NCBI RefSeq assembly: GCF_006345805.1 | Contig: NC_043011.1 | Span: 11,098,001 to 11,162,000, forward strand | DNA length: 64,000 nt | Direction: 5' to 3' | Origin: Octopus sinensis | Taxonomy: Eukaryota | In this document: positions 1 through 11,899 of the stretch, piece by piece | How the letters are laid out: every line of letters starts with the position of its first letter | How positions within the stretch are numbered: the stretch's first letter is position 1 | The notes under the pieces: generated by a model | What the model saw: only the letters and a program-made list of their open reading frames with translations | Told to the model about the DNA's origin: nothing | Databases searched by the model: none | Program-made: the position numbers and the translations under genes

Positions 1-631
1 AAGCACCAACATATAGCTGTCCATGTGAAAAACAATCCTCTTCTAAATGCAAACCAGCAACTTGTAGAGTCTGACCTTATGACTTATTGATAGACATTGC
101 AAAAGACAAACGTATGGGAAACTGAAGTCGTTTGAACCCAAAGGGCATGTTGGAAGGTATTAAAGGAATGCAAGGGATAAAATCATCTTCGCCTTTTCCA
201 CAGCCAGAAATTATTGTGGCCTCTATAACATTGCTCACTAATTTCTTGACAACGAGTCTTGTGCCATTGCATAACTTTAGTTGTGAGACGTTACGCAGAA
301 GCATGACCGGAGCACCTGCTTTCAACTGAAGACAATGAGGAGGAGCACCTGTTGGCTCGAGGGAATTCAAAAATTTTACTGGATACTTAACTAATTCTGA
401 TTCATCTACGACAGAGTCTATGGATTTATAATTGTGCTCAATTGCTGCCAACATTTTCACAAGTCTATCATTTAAACTATTCACTGCAATATTTTTGGTG
501 CCATAATTACCCTTTCACACAACCAAGCAGGATTTTTAAAATTTGAAATTAATCTGGGGAAAACCTTTTCAATTAGTTCTTCAACCGAATTAATCAGGGT
601 GGATATTTCTGATAAATTTAATTCACCTTTT
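1..631 (-). mobile_element. Helitron PIF1-like helicase remnant (C-terminal part)
   Basis: ORFs 77-484 and 481-687 give PIF1/Helitron motifs ([51 protein letters not shown]); frame is broken. Confidence 0.9.
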
Positions 632-1567
632 GGATCTTTTTGGTTTGAACGGCAGTTTTTTCTAGCGGTGTCATATGAAATTGTCACCCATAATTATGAC
701 CCTAGTATCGATCTATTGCATTTCAATCTGTTTTAGGGTTAGGGTTAGGAGTGGGGGGAAGGGTATCTTTTTTTCTTCACAAATGTAAACAAACCCAATC
801 TGTTTCTTAAACAAGGGGCATATTCATACGGCACAGAATGTTTTTTACCTCAATAGATGTCAGTCATTGGTTGAAATTGCAGAAATTGAAGAAAAACAAC
901 AACAAATATCTTACAAACTATAGAATTTTCTCAATAAAGCCAAGAGAAAAAGATGTTTTATAAACACATTTGTAGTGATCCTATAACGGCGCGCACTCGC
1001 GCACTGTCCATTTGTATTTCGCGCGTGTTGGTGCCTTTACCAAGGCAGAGAGAGGAAGGGCCCTCTCGCGCATGCGCGAAGCACCGGAACAAGAACCCTT
1101 TTGCCTATGTAGCAGTTAGCCGAGGCAAGGGGGTCGTAAGACGTTGACCACCAGCGTCCAGCAGTAGCGGCGACTTGGGACAGCTGCGACCGAAGGAGAC
1201 GGACGTGTATTCTCGCTGTCCAGCTTTGATAGCAGTCGGCCGAAAGCTTTTAACCAAATTGTTGCCGACCACATTCAACTTCCCTGTTCGACGCCATCTT
1301 GAACCCATTCTGGTTTTAGCGGCTGAATATTGTAAATATTACAATCGATTAACTTTCAGCCTTGCGTGCCCCGAACCAAGGACATCAGATAACCACTTAT
1401 TGTTATTGTTACCAAGAAAGAGAATAAAGTAGTATATATATATTTTACGTCTGCGTCTTGTTGTTTCTGACTGGTAGAATTCTGGATTATTAAAGCAACG
1501 GCTAGTGATTGCTTTCTTGTACCCCGAAAGTACAAGAGAAGATATTCACTCACGAAGTTCGTTACAG

Positions 1568-1587
1568 TGGTGACCCCGACGTGATTC
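1568..1587 (+). other. Primer binding site complementary to the tRNA-Trp 3' end
   Basis: TGGTGACCCCGACGTGATTC begins 1 nt after the 5' LTR and is the reverse complement of the eukaryotic tRNA-Trp 3' end (GAATCACGTCGGGGTCACCA). Confidence 0.9.
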
Positions 1588-3096
1588 TGGTCTAAAACCA
1601 GAGATCACTTAACAACAAAGAAATCCAGTTTTTCTGCGAAGTCGGAACACGATTTAACTCTACGCATCATCTTTCGACGATTTGTTTCCGGCCACTACAA
1701 ACAGTTGTAGAAGGAGCCTCTTTCTTATTCTACAGCCATGATGACGGACGCCATCATATATTCGATGCCTTTTCTCCACCTTCGTCATCGCCATCGTCGT
1801 CTTTCTACTTCACGTCGTCGCTATCTTCGTCGCCATCATCACTAAGAACGATGTTGTCTCAAGTCCACTACAGTCGCCTTCCTCCACCACCGTCGCCTTT
1901 CAACACCGTCGACCTCCACAAGATGTACATAGCAACTCGCGGAACTTTAGCATGCACGCTGTATGTGCATATGCACACCAAGGATAAACAGCACCGTCTA
2001 TCTACGAGATTCTTCTGTTCCAGTTAACCTATCACAGCATCGAAGCCATAACCGTTACACGATATGTGTTCAACCGGCATCTGCATTTTGTGATTTCAAC
2101 ATTTCTGTTACAGAACGAACTGCTATTGTGCTTCAGGCTATTACAGACTGGTAAATTAACTCTTGTCTGGAATAGCCCCGAGAGACATTTTTTCTATGCG
2201 CTGTATTTTTTGTATTTTGCTCGCATTCACCTTGTATGTATTTCTGTCGCACACACGCACACACACATAAATGCTCTCTCTCACATACATACGTCACACA
2301 TGCTTTTCTCGCTTGTTTTTTCCATGCTAAATTTGCCTTTTGTGGACACACCTCATTTCTATAGACCCTAGCGGTCACGTATACATAGAGAGGGTTGTTT
2401 GTCCATTATAACGCGCCAGCATGTCATACCTTTGTTCCTGTACAAACGAGGCATATAATCGTTCAACCACTGGCATATTCTTGCTGTTTTTTGGTCTGGC
2501 AAGCACTATTGCATTTCATGCGCCTTGCTTTGCACGTGTATTGCCTTGTTTTTTGCAACACGTTTGCGCTAGCTTAATTCTTTTCCCGACTCATAGGACG
2601 TCGGATGTTCACATGCGCTGCGCCATGTTTAGGCGTAATTATTTTTCCCTGTTAGACCACTGTTGGTCACGTAATTAACAGAAAATTATCTGTGTCGCGC
2701 ATCACACCAGCATGTTTGCACTTTTGCCTTTTGTGTTACTAGCGAGCTTCTGTCAATTCCATTTCCTCTCCTGCAGCAATTGATTTAACTACTATTTCGC
2801 AGGATCAACTACCTTTAGAGAAGTTGGATTTTAATTTTCGCCTAGGTTCAATAACTGTGAGTTCTGCCTTTTCTTCCGCTCCCTTCAGCGGAAGGTTCTA
2901 TACTTTGTGACGTATACACTTTCATGCATGCACTCTTGATTTTTGCTCATTGAGTATTTTTTCTCTTTTTCCTTTAGTAAATTTCTTGTGTATGTTATAA
3001 ATTTTGCCATTATATTATTGTGTGCTATTTGGTTATCTGGTGTCCACCTTGAGTTTTGCAGTCACTACAATAAGTTTCCTTTCGTGCGTATGCACT

Positions 3097-3105
3097 GGAG
3101 GGGGG
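3097..3105 (+). other. Polypurine tract
   Basis: GGAGGGGGG just upstream of the 3' LTR. Confidence 0.8.
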
Positions 3106-3788
3106 CCTTGTAGTGATCCTATAACGGCGCACGCTCGCGCACCGTCCATTTGTATTTCGCGCGTGTTGGTGCCTTTACCAAGGCAGAGAGAGGAAGGGCC
3201 CTCTCACGCATGCGCGAAGCACCGGAAGAAGAACCCTTTTGCCTACGTAGCAGTTAGCCGAGGCAAGGGGGTCGTAAGACGTTGACCACCAGCGTCCAGC
3301 AGCAGCGGCGACTTGGGACAGCTGCGACCGAAGGAGACGGACGTGTATTCTCGCTGTCCAGCTTTGATAGCAGTCGGCCGAAAGCTTTTAACCAAATTGT
3401 TGCCGACCACATTCAACTTCCCTGTTCGACGCCATCTTGAACCCGTTCTGGTTTTAGCGGCTGAATATTGTAAATATTACAATCGATTAACTTTCAGCCT
3501 TGCGCGCCCCGAACCAAGGACATCAGATAACCACTTATTGTTATTGTTACCAAGAAAGAGAATAAAGTAGTATATATATATTTTACGTCTGCGTCTTGTT
3601 GTTTCTGACTGGTAGAATTCTGGATTATTAAAGCAACGGCTAGTGATTGCTTTCTTGTACCCCAAAAGTACAAGAGAAGATATTCACTCACGAAGTTCGT
3701 TACACATTCTACCAGTATATACGAAGTTTAAAATTTTTTAGTTACCTAGAAATTATGTTAAAAACTGCCGTTCAAACCGAAAAGATCC

Positions 3789-4378
3789 TTCCTTTTTCAT
3801 TCATATTCAATCTTCCTTCTCCAAGTTGCAGTAGGGTACTAGCATTTTGTCCAGACAGAAGATCCCCATGTAAATGTGCCCTCATATTTGTAGAAAGTTT
3901 TAAATGTTGGACATGTTTCCACAGTACAGAGGATTTCAAGGATGCTTTCAATTCATCTGCCTTAGTTCCCCTGGGAATAACTGGCAAAGTTTGCCTAAAA
4001 TCACCTGCAAGCACTACAGTCACACCTCCCATCAAACAGTTTGAATTACACAAATCCTACAGCATTCTGTTAACAGCTTCTAGAGCTTTTTTTATGAGAC
4101 ACTGTAACTTCATCCCACATGATCAAAGAACATTTTTGTAGAACTTCAGCAATACCAGAATGCTTACTTATATTGCAAACAGGTTCATCAGTTGTACTCA
4201 GATTCACTGGAAGCTTGAATGATGCATGAGCTGTTCGACCTTGCGGGAGTAAAGTTACAGCCATTTCAGAACTTACCACAGCTAAGGCTATTTCCTTTCT
4301 CTGCCTAACGTTGGCCAGCAATAAACTTGCAACAAAAGTTTTCCCAGTTCCTCCTGGTGCATCTAAAAAATCTAATCC
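3789..4378 (-). mobile_element. Helitron helicase remnant (Walker A region)
   Basis: FLDAPGGTGKTF, IMWDE, VVLAGDFRQTLPVIPRG and LSTNMR motifs across broken frames. Confidence 0.9.
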
Positions 4379-4672
4379 GGATCTTTTCGGTTTGAACGGC
4401 AGTTTTTAACATAATTTCTAGGTAACTAAAAAATTTTAAACTTCGTATATACTGGTAGAATGTGTTTATAAAACATCTTTTTTTCCTGGTTTTATTGAGA
4501 AAATTCTATAGTTTGTAAGATATTTGTTGTTGTTTTTCTTCAATTTCAACCAATCAATGACGTCTATTGAGGTAAAAAACATTCTGTGCCGTATGAACAT
4601 GTCCCTCATTTAAGAAACAGATTGGGTTTATTTACATTTGAAGAAAAAAAGATACCCTTCCCCCCACCCCTA
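4379..4672. mobile_element. Truncated Merlin-like MITE
   Basis: One TIR at 4379 plus body matching the 14320-14733 copy; far end missing. Confidence 0.8.
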
Positions 4673-5092
4673 AAATTTTACACCTGGATGACCCTCAACA
4701 TCAGCTCCTCCATTTCTCCTGTACCATGCGTTATTACTCTATGTGTAATAGGATGAATGAAGCCAGCTCAACCCACTCCGGGTGAATGCTGTAAGAAGAA
4801 GAAGATGGAACTTGATTATAAATAAAAGTTTTTTCAAAATTATCTCGTTCACACGATTTGCAGTTGTGTATTTTGGATTTAGAGTGACGTGGGCAGCATT
4901 TTCTTTTGTGAAATAAACCCTCTGACCATTTTCAAGATGAACTGCGAGGTGTTGGATTGCATGATGCCTTTCATGAATAGGAAACCCCAAAATACGCCAA
5001 AATGCTTCATTAGTGCCGATATATCTACCAAGTTCACACTGAGTAACTTCATCTCAAACACTTTCTGCTTGTAAGGAAAACATTGCCGCATC

Positions 5093-5095
<3 letters not shown>
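4673..5095 (-). mobile_element. Helitron Rep-region remnant
   Basis: GFPIHERHHAIQHLAVHLENGQRVYF and DVEGHPGVK-like motifs typical of Helitron RepHel proteins. Confidence 0.8.
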
Positions 5096-5130
<35 letters not shown>

Positions 5131-5279
5131 TTTTTGCTAGCATGTAGATAAAAAACAGCTTTTTTATAAAATTATATATTCTTTAGACACAGAGCCACTC
5201 ACGGTCAATCGTTGCTTTGGTATACACTCAACCGATGAGAGGGGTGTTTGGACTGACAGTGATATGGTAAACCGAGTAT

Positions 5280-5542
5280 CATCATCATCATTCAATGTCC
5301 GCTTTCCATGCTAGCATGGGTTGGACGATTTTATTGAGGTCTGGCGAACCAGACTCCAATATGATCTGGCAGTTTCTACAGCTGGATGCCCTTCCTAACG
5401 CCAACCACTCCGAGAGTGTAGTGGGTGCTTTTACATGCCACCAGCACGAGGGCCAGTTTGGTGGTACTGGCAATAGCCATGCCCAAATGGTCCTTTTTAC
5501 ATCCCACCTGCACAGGAGCCAGTTCAGTGGCACTGGCTATTA
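5280..5542 (-). mobile_element. RTE-tail SINE/non-autonomous RTE copy with (GAT)n tail
   Basis: Matches the multi-copy family (CAT)n-GTTTAACGTCCGCTTTCCATGCTAGCATGG; further copies near 5961, 9490, 17130, 18630, 21806, 22780, 34860, 39225, 43840, 45118, 47127, 48945, 59800 and 60913. Confidence 0.8.
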
Positions 5543-5960
5543 AAATATTCCTTTTCTAATGCATAAAATTACGTTGCAAAGTGTATAATGAGCTATGCAT
5601 TGTTGAGGTTTTGTAGTACACTTATTACAAGAACACATACTTCAATTTTATGTACCTTCCATGAAAAGTGGATGTATTTGCATTTTCAAAGGGGCTCTGC
5701 ACCCCATTTAAAGGGTTAAATAATATTGTAAGATGCGGGAATTTTGGAAATCGTTTTTATTTAGTACCTAGTAGTTAAGTTGTTATTTTCATTGAAACTT
5801 CACAGGGGATGTTTGGCCCCCTTTACGCCAACTAATCGCAAAAGAAGGTAAATTTTATGTAGCTCATTGTCTTTCTCGTAAAATTTTACATGTGAACACA
5901 TACAGTGTTTTTATGTATCTTCGATTCCCTTTTGTCGTACAGATGTTGAGCTTTATTATA

Positions 5961-6303
5961 ATCATCATCGTTTAACGTCCGTTTTCCATTCTAGCATGGG
6001 TTGGACAGTTCGACCACGGTCTGGGAAGCCAGGAGGCTGCACCAGGCCCCAGTCTGATATGGCAGTGTTTCTACAGCTGGATGCCCTTCCTAACACCATC
6101 CACTCGTGAGTGTAGTGGATGCATTTTACATGCTACTGGCAGAGGAGTCAGAGGAGGCTGGCAAACGGCCACAATCTGTTGGTGCTTTTTACGTGCCACC
6201 AGCACAGGTATCACAACTACAATTTCCATTTGATTTTCATTTTCATGTTGATGTACTTGACTCAGTAGGTCTCCTCAAGCACAGCATGTCACCCAACGAT
6301 CCA
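5961..6303 (-). mobile_element. RTE-tail SINE copy abutting a MITE end fragment (6304-6375)
   Basis: Family match; followed by one terminal portion of the Merlin-like MITE. Confidence 0.75.
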
Positions 6304-6551
6304 AGGGTCATAATTATGGGTGACAATTTCATATGACATCGCTAGAAAAAACTGCCGTTCAAACAGAAAAGATCCCGCCTCCCTCCCACCATTTAAATTT
6401 TTGATTTTGTTTACTTTAAAGAGATCGTACCGAATTGACGAACATATGCAAATCGAAATTAAACACAGACAATAACATTAAAGAGAAAAGAAGTGACCGA
6501 CGCCCCAAAACTTGAAATAATTATGAGAGCGAAAGGAAGTACATATTTGGA

Positions 6552-6600
6552 CCCGGAAGTGTAGAGAGTTCTCTCGCTGCTTAGTGAGACAAAATGGCGC
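6552..6600 (+). promoter_or_regulatory. Housekeeping-type promoter: ETS motif and YY1 motif over the start codon
   Basis: CCGGAAGT at 6553-6560; CAAAATGGCG at 6590-6599 overlaps the ATG at 6594. Confidence 0.6.
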
Positions 6601-6603
6601 AAG
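6594..6603 (+). CDS. PRMT3: PRMT3 exon 1 (MAQ + 1 nt)
   Basis: ATG GCG CAA G|GTTAGT; the phase-1 donor fits the exon 2 acceptor and gives a continuous frame. Confidence 0.65.
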
Positions 6604-7239
6604 GTTAGTGAAAGTTTTCCTTCTTATTTTTCGTTCTATTTGATAAACTATATCCTTATTTTTTTCGATAGTGACCATTATATTGTGTGAGAGTTTCAGG
6701 TTTTGATCTCCCTCAATACTAAACTATTTTATTTGTCAAATAAGGTGAAAATTTGCTTAAATACGTAGGTTGTAACTCGTAGCTATCGGTTAAAAATCAT
6801 GGTTTCATTATCGCTAAATATCTAAAAGTAGATATTTGTGACAGGGACAGTGTAAACAAGCGTACTTATTTTTACCAAACGCCTATATGAGAATTTCTTT
6901 TCATGTTAAACACCGCTGTAAAGTTTGTTCTGACAGAACATCCACTTTTAAGTGGAAATAAATATTGAAAGAAAGTGCAGTGAAGAGACCACGTGGGTTC
7001 ATGGAAATTTGTTACATTCCCTTCGAGAAATCTAATTCTATTATCTGCTGAACCATCAGAAGGCCAGTGACTGTGGTGTTATTGTATGTAGGATTATCAA
7101 TCGACTAATTGTTTTCTCTTTGCGCTTGAAAGGATATTTATTTGTATTTGATCATAACTATAGCTTTGTGGGGGCGCGTGGCCTGGTGGTTAGTGTCGGA
7201 CTCTTGATCGTAATGTGTTGTAAATACAATGGACCGCAC

Positions 7240-7613
7240 GGATCTTTTCGGTTTGAACGGCAGTTTTTTCTAGCGTTGTCATATAAAATTGTCACCCATA
7301 ATTATGACCCTAGTATATCTAGGGTATCTTTTTTTCTTCACAAATGTAAATAAACCCAATCTGTTTCTTAAACGAGGGACATATTCATACGGCACAGAAT
7401 GTTTTTTTTTTTACCTCAATGGACGTCATTGATCGGTTGAAAGTGCAGAAATTGAAGAAAGAAACAACAAATATCTTACAAACTATAGAATTTTCTCAAT
7501 AAAGCCAAGAGAAAAAGATGTTTTATAAACACATTCTACCAGTATATGAAGTTTAAAATTTTTTAGTTCCCTAGAAATTATTTTAAAAACTGCCGTTCAA
7601 ACCGTAAAGATCC
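7240..7613. mobile_element. Merlin-like MITE, complete
   Basis: Both TIRs plus a perfect 8-bp TSD GACCGCAC. Confidence 0.88.
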
Positions 7614-8106
7614 GACCGCACCCCCTTTGAGAATTTTTTTTTTTTACAGGAACCGGCGATGTTTCGCTTGTCGTAGCACCATCGCCCAGGAACCTACTAT
7701 ATCGAGTGCAGAAATTCCGAATCTGCAAAAACATCTGCATTTCAAAATTTTAATTCCACTCCATCTGCCCTCCAATTTCTTGAATTTTCATTTTAGAAAA
7801 TAATTTTTTGGGGGCGAAATACGCAGAAAAATAAGGTTATGATTCTGAAAAAAAAAAAAAAAAAATTTGTAAAATTCAATTATTCAAAAGAAAAAAATAC
7901 ATAAATCCCCCCCCCCGCCCTTTGACAAGAAGTGAAATTAAAGCGTTATCATTACTAGTGTTTCACGCATGCATGAAATTTTAAAATAGTAGACAAAAAG
8001 TATCTAAACAGAAAACTTGATATGCTAGAAACACGTTTTCAAAATTTAAATCTGCCCCGGCCGTAAATCCGACAAGCTAGAAACACCAGCCAAACCAAGG
8101 ATCAAC

Positions 8107-9477
8107 GATTAAACTAAAGCGTTTAACCCGGTCATAAAAATAACAAAAAGGCGATCTTACGGTATATGTACCGGTGTACTTCCGGAAGTACCGGATACAT
8201 TTAAAAAAAAGTGTTTTTTTTATTATATATGGGGGGTTAGGGTATGTGACGATGCTTCGGTATATGTACACACGTGACTTTGTTTACATTTCTGAAGATA
8301 ACAGAAACCCTTTTCTCCCACCCCTAACACACACCCTAACCCTAACAGAAACCCCAGCCCCCCCCTCATATATAAAAAACCCCACTTTTTTTAAATGTAT
8401 CCGGAAGTACACCGGTACATATACCGTAAGATCGCCCAACAAAAAATTGTAAAACAACTTCCTCTAAACGAATATGAAAAAAAAAAAATGCGCGCTCGCG
8501 AAAGGGGGGAGGAGGCCTCGGAAAATTCACATCGTGAATTTCCGAAAGCGTCTGAGGGTCTGGCCCAGGTACAAAAACAAAATAGTGTAATATGTGTAAA
8601 ACAACTTGCTCTAATTGAAAATGACAAAAAAAAATGTGCGCTCGCGAAAGGGTGGTGAGAGGACTCGGAAAATTCACATTGTGAATTTCCGAAAGCGTCT
8701 GACCCGGGCACAAACCGCAACATGGAAAGATCAATGTAGTCCATAGCCAAACAACCTCTCTTCTTTTTGTTAGGGAAATTTTAAACACAAGGGTTACTGT
8801 TTGGGGGAGGTCTTATTTCTTTACTGCTATGGATATCACGTTTTTCTTTTCTTTTTTTTCTGCTGACTTGTATTATATAGTCTTTGACTCAATTCAGCAG
8901 TGCCAAACCAAAAGTATAGAAACTATTATTTCACTTCAATGGTATTGATATTAATAACTTCACCACACACACACATTCAACTCCATAATAATAACAACAG
9001 ATACTAAAGATGGTGCTATGGCCTTTTCTTTGATACTATCTTTCTTGCTTATTTAAATTCAGTTCAATGCACACTTGCCTTGAACCAACTATTTCTCTTT
9101 GTGTGTGTATATGTTCTTGATAATCGTTTAGAACAAGTAGTTTTACACCAATTACACTATTTTTTCCTTTTTTCCGGCCTGGGTCAAACACTATAGTTTA
9201 AAGGCCTTTCCCCACACTCCCCTTTTGCGAGAGTGCATTTTTTTTTGTCATTCATTTAGAGCAAGTTGTTTTACACATATTACACTGTTTTTGTTTTTGT
9301 GCCTGGGTCAGACCCTCAGACGCGTTCGGAAATTCACGATGTGAATTTTCCAAGTCCTTCTCTCCCAGCCCCCCTTTCACGAGCGTGCATTTTTGTTTTT
9401 TTCATATTCATTTAGAGGAAGTAGTTATACATTTTTTTTTTTGTTTTTATGACCAGGTTAAACGCTTTAGTTTAACT
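8107..9477. mobile_element. Foldback-like DNA element with long modular inverted arms
   Basis: Inverted termini TTAAACTAAAGCGTTTAACC; sub-repeats at 8445-8760 are mirrored at 9150-9430; flanked by the 8-bp direct repeat GGATCAAC. Confidence 0.7.
8150..8436. mobile_element. Second GG-terminal MITE family nested in the foldback arm
   Basis: TIR GGCGATCTTACGGTATATGTACCGG; flanks (T/C)AACAAAAA; related pieces near 50560 and 51671. Confidence 0.75.
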
Positions 9478-9489
9478 GGATCAACTTTC

Positions 9490-9900
9490 TAAATGCAACA
9501 AACTGGCTTTGATGCCGGTGGCACGTAAAAAGCACCATTTGAGCATGATCGTTACCTGCGTCGCCTTACTGGCACTTGTGCTGGTGGTACGTGAAAAAAC
9601 ATTCGAGCGAGGTCATTGCCAGTGCCACTGAACTGGCTCCTGTGCAGGTGGCACATAAAAAGCACCATTTGAGTGTGGTCGTTGCCAGTACCGCCTGACT
9701 GGCCCTCGTGCCGGTGGCATGTAAAAGCACCCACTACACTCTCGGAGTGGTTGGCGTTAGGAAGGTCATCCAGCTGTAGAAACTCTGCCAGATCAGATTG
9801 GAGCCTGGTGCAGCCATCTGGTTCGTCAGACCTCAGTAAAATCGTCCAACCCATGCTAGCATGGAAAGCGGACGTTAAACGATGATGATGATGATGATGA
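9490..9900 (+). mobile_element. RTE-tail SINE copy
   Basis: Ends ...GGACGTTAAAC(GAT)n. Confidence 0.8.
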
Positions 9901-10112
9901 ACTTGAAGGTGTTTATTTTATGAATCACTTTAGTATGAAAGGCAACACTGGCTCTAAAGAAAATTTCAATCCAAATAGGAGAACAAAAGTAAATACTGTG
10001 TTGCAGTTTCAAATCCACAGATCTGCTGGTGTTACCAGTTCACTACTTTTTTTGTATTTATGGTATTCTTCACTATTTTATGTGTTTCATTTTACATTTT
10101 CTTTCTGCGCAG

Positions 10113-10351
10113 GCTTTGGAAGTGCCACTGTAGACCTACTTTCCAGTGACTGCTCCTGGGATGAAGGTGAAGATGAGGTAAACGTGACGGGACCCTGCCG
10201 TTGTTTGTTTTGTCCATGTATGTGTGAAAATGCCATCTCCTCTTTGGAACATTTGCAGTTAGAGCATCAGATAAACTTGAGGGAGCTTTGTCAGAACATG
10301 TCCTTCACATCCTACAATTGCATCCAGATGATTAACTACATTCGAAAAGAG
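10113..10351 (+). CDS. PRMT3: PRMT3 exon 2 (C2H2 zinc finger)
   Basis: AG/GT boundaries; CRCLFCPCMCENAISSLEHLQLEH..YNCIQMINYIRKE matches the PRMT3 N-terminal zinc finger. Confidence 0.9.
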
Positions 10352-10379
10352 GTAGGTTTGCATTTAAGATTTGTTTTAA

Positions 10380-10594
10380 CCCTTTCATTACTAACCCGGC
10401 TGAATCTGGCTCTGTAGTACAAATGTCTTGTTTTCATAAGTTTTGAATTAAAATCTTCCACCAAACCTTAGTCACAATTTACATTCCTAACACCAGCTGA
10501 ATGATAATGAAGTTATTTTACTAAATTCTTTGTTATATTTAAAGTAATTGAAAGAAACACTGAGCATCTCAAAATAAATATAGTAATGAAAGGG
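10380..10594. mobile_element. piggyBac-like MITE
   Basis: TTAA on both sides, CCCTTT...AAAGGG TIRs; same family at 23606-23826 and 23860-24072. Confidence 0.85.
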
Positions 10595-10849
10595 TTAATG
10601 GTAAAGCTATTTCACTACTGGTTAAGATGTTAATACAATCTTCATCCATCACATAATCATTGCACCAACAAACAACTCCTTCATAAACACACAAACATGC
10701 ATACACACACCAAACGCATGCGTTTTCTAGAAAATGTTCATTGTTATTCATGAAGTGATCATACATAAAAGAACCTGTGTAATTGGAAGATAATACAACT
10801 CACAGCATAAAGATGTTAAAAATGAATTCTCCGCTCTAATTAGCCTAAT

Positions 10850-11870
10850 TTCTTGAGTAAACATCTGTATCTGTGCGACACAGATATGGACATTTGTTTA
10901 ATAAGGGTATCCTTCAGTTGCACACCTAACATTCAAGATCCAGCGAATGGACAGAGATTTAGGGACATATTACTCGAAGCCTTTGACGAAATAGGAGGGG
11001 ATATAGCTTCACATGGTGTAGAAGACAACTGTTTTCTAAGGGACAACCTGCTGAGAGCCACTGACCAGATCTGTGGATGGTGCAAAGTCCCCTCTCGACC
11101 CAAAATAACGTGGTGGTGGTGGAACAATGTTGTAGACAGGGCTATTAGGGAAAAGAGGCAGGCTTCGAAGGACTGGAAGAATGGTGGTAACAGGGTAACC
11201 AGAAGAGAAGCTAGGAGACAGGTATATTTAGCCAGAGGGGAAGCAGATAAGAAAAAAATTTGCCAATGTTCTGCACTGTGAGGGACCAAAGACTTGAGGT
11301 ATTTCATGTTGCAAGACAGTGTGTGAGAGATAATCATGATGCTGTAGGAGAGAAATGTGTCCGCATGGATAATGGTTCTCTTGCACTAAATGAGGCTGCA
11401 AAGAGAAAGGTTTGGAGATGCCACTATGAAAGGTTACTGAACAAAGAAAATGAATGGGATAAAGAGAGTCTGCTGATTGTCGACCCAAAAGAAGGACCAA
11501 CTATCCGAGTTGACAGTACTTTGGTAGACAAAGCAATTAAGAGTATGAAGACAGGGAAAGTCCCCGGCCCATCAGGAATTACGGCAGTGATGCTCAAAAT
11601 CTGGCAGTGTCGGCTATAGCCTGTAGCAGCACTATAGTCAACTGTTACAAAGGAAAAGGTGACGCTTTAGATACAAATAATTACAGAGGTATCAAGTTGT
11701 TGGATCAGGTAATGAAGATCATGGAGAGGGTCATAGCCCAACTAATTAGGGAGAGAGTTAGCTTGGATGAGATGCAGTTTGGTTTCATGCCAGGGAAAAG
11801 CACCACTGATGCTATATTTCTGGTTAGACAGCTGCAGGAGAAATACCTTGCCAAATATAAGCCCCCTGTA
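10850..11870 (+). mobile_element. RTE LINE ORF2 fragment (degenerate)
   Basis: NYRGIKLLDQVMKIMERVI..EMQFGFMPGKSTTDAIFLVRQLQEKY; several frameshifts. Confidence 0.9.
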
Positions 11871-11899
11871 CCTGGTTATACTGCTAGTACTTCAATAAA

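Larger units (their letters stand above)
971..3704 (+). mobile_element. Non-autonomous LTR retrotransposon (LARD/TRIM-like), probably Gypsy-related
   Basis: 596-bp LTRs 971-1566 and 3109-3704 (TG...CA, about 10 differences by eye), 4-bp TSD CATT, PBS and PPT present, no recognisable gag/pol inside. Confidence 0.92.
632..3788. mobile_element. Merlin-like MITE (GG-terminal ~29-bp TIRs) interrupted by an LTR element
   Basis: TIR GGATCTTTT(C/T)GGTTTGAACGGCAGTTTTT at 632 and its inverse ending 3788; removing it (with the degenerate TSD) restores the Helitron frame [15 protein letters not shown]. Confidence 0.85.

Noticed and set aside
1175-1432. 85-aa ORF repeated at 3313-3570
   Set aside because: Lies inside the two LTRs; the repetition reflects LTR identity and no protein family is recognisable.
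4379-6375. MITE pieces at 4379-4672 and 6304-6375 as one split copy
   Set aside because: Flanks TCTAATCC and CGCCTCCC are not a TSD, and intervening MITE sequence is missing.
8290-8310. CTGAAGA...GAAAC as a hammerhead (also near 50700)
   Set aside because: No stem II or stem I pairing; it is part of a MITE body.
9500-9720. Regularly spaced TGGCACGTAAAAAGCACCAT repeats as a CRISPR-like array
   Set aside because: Internal sub-repeats of the RTE-tail SINE with homologous spacers, in eukaryotic DNA with no cas genes.
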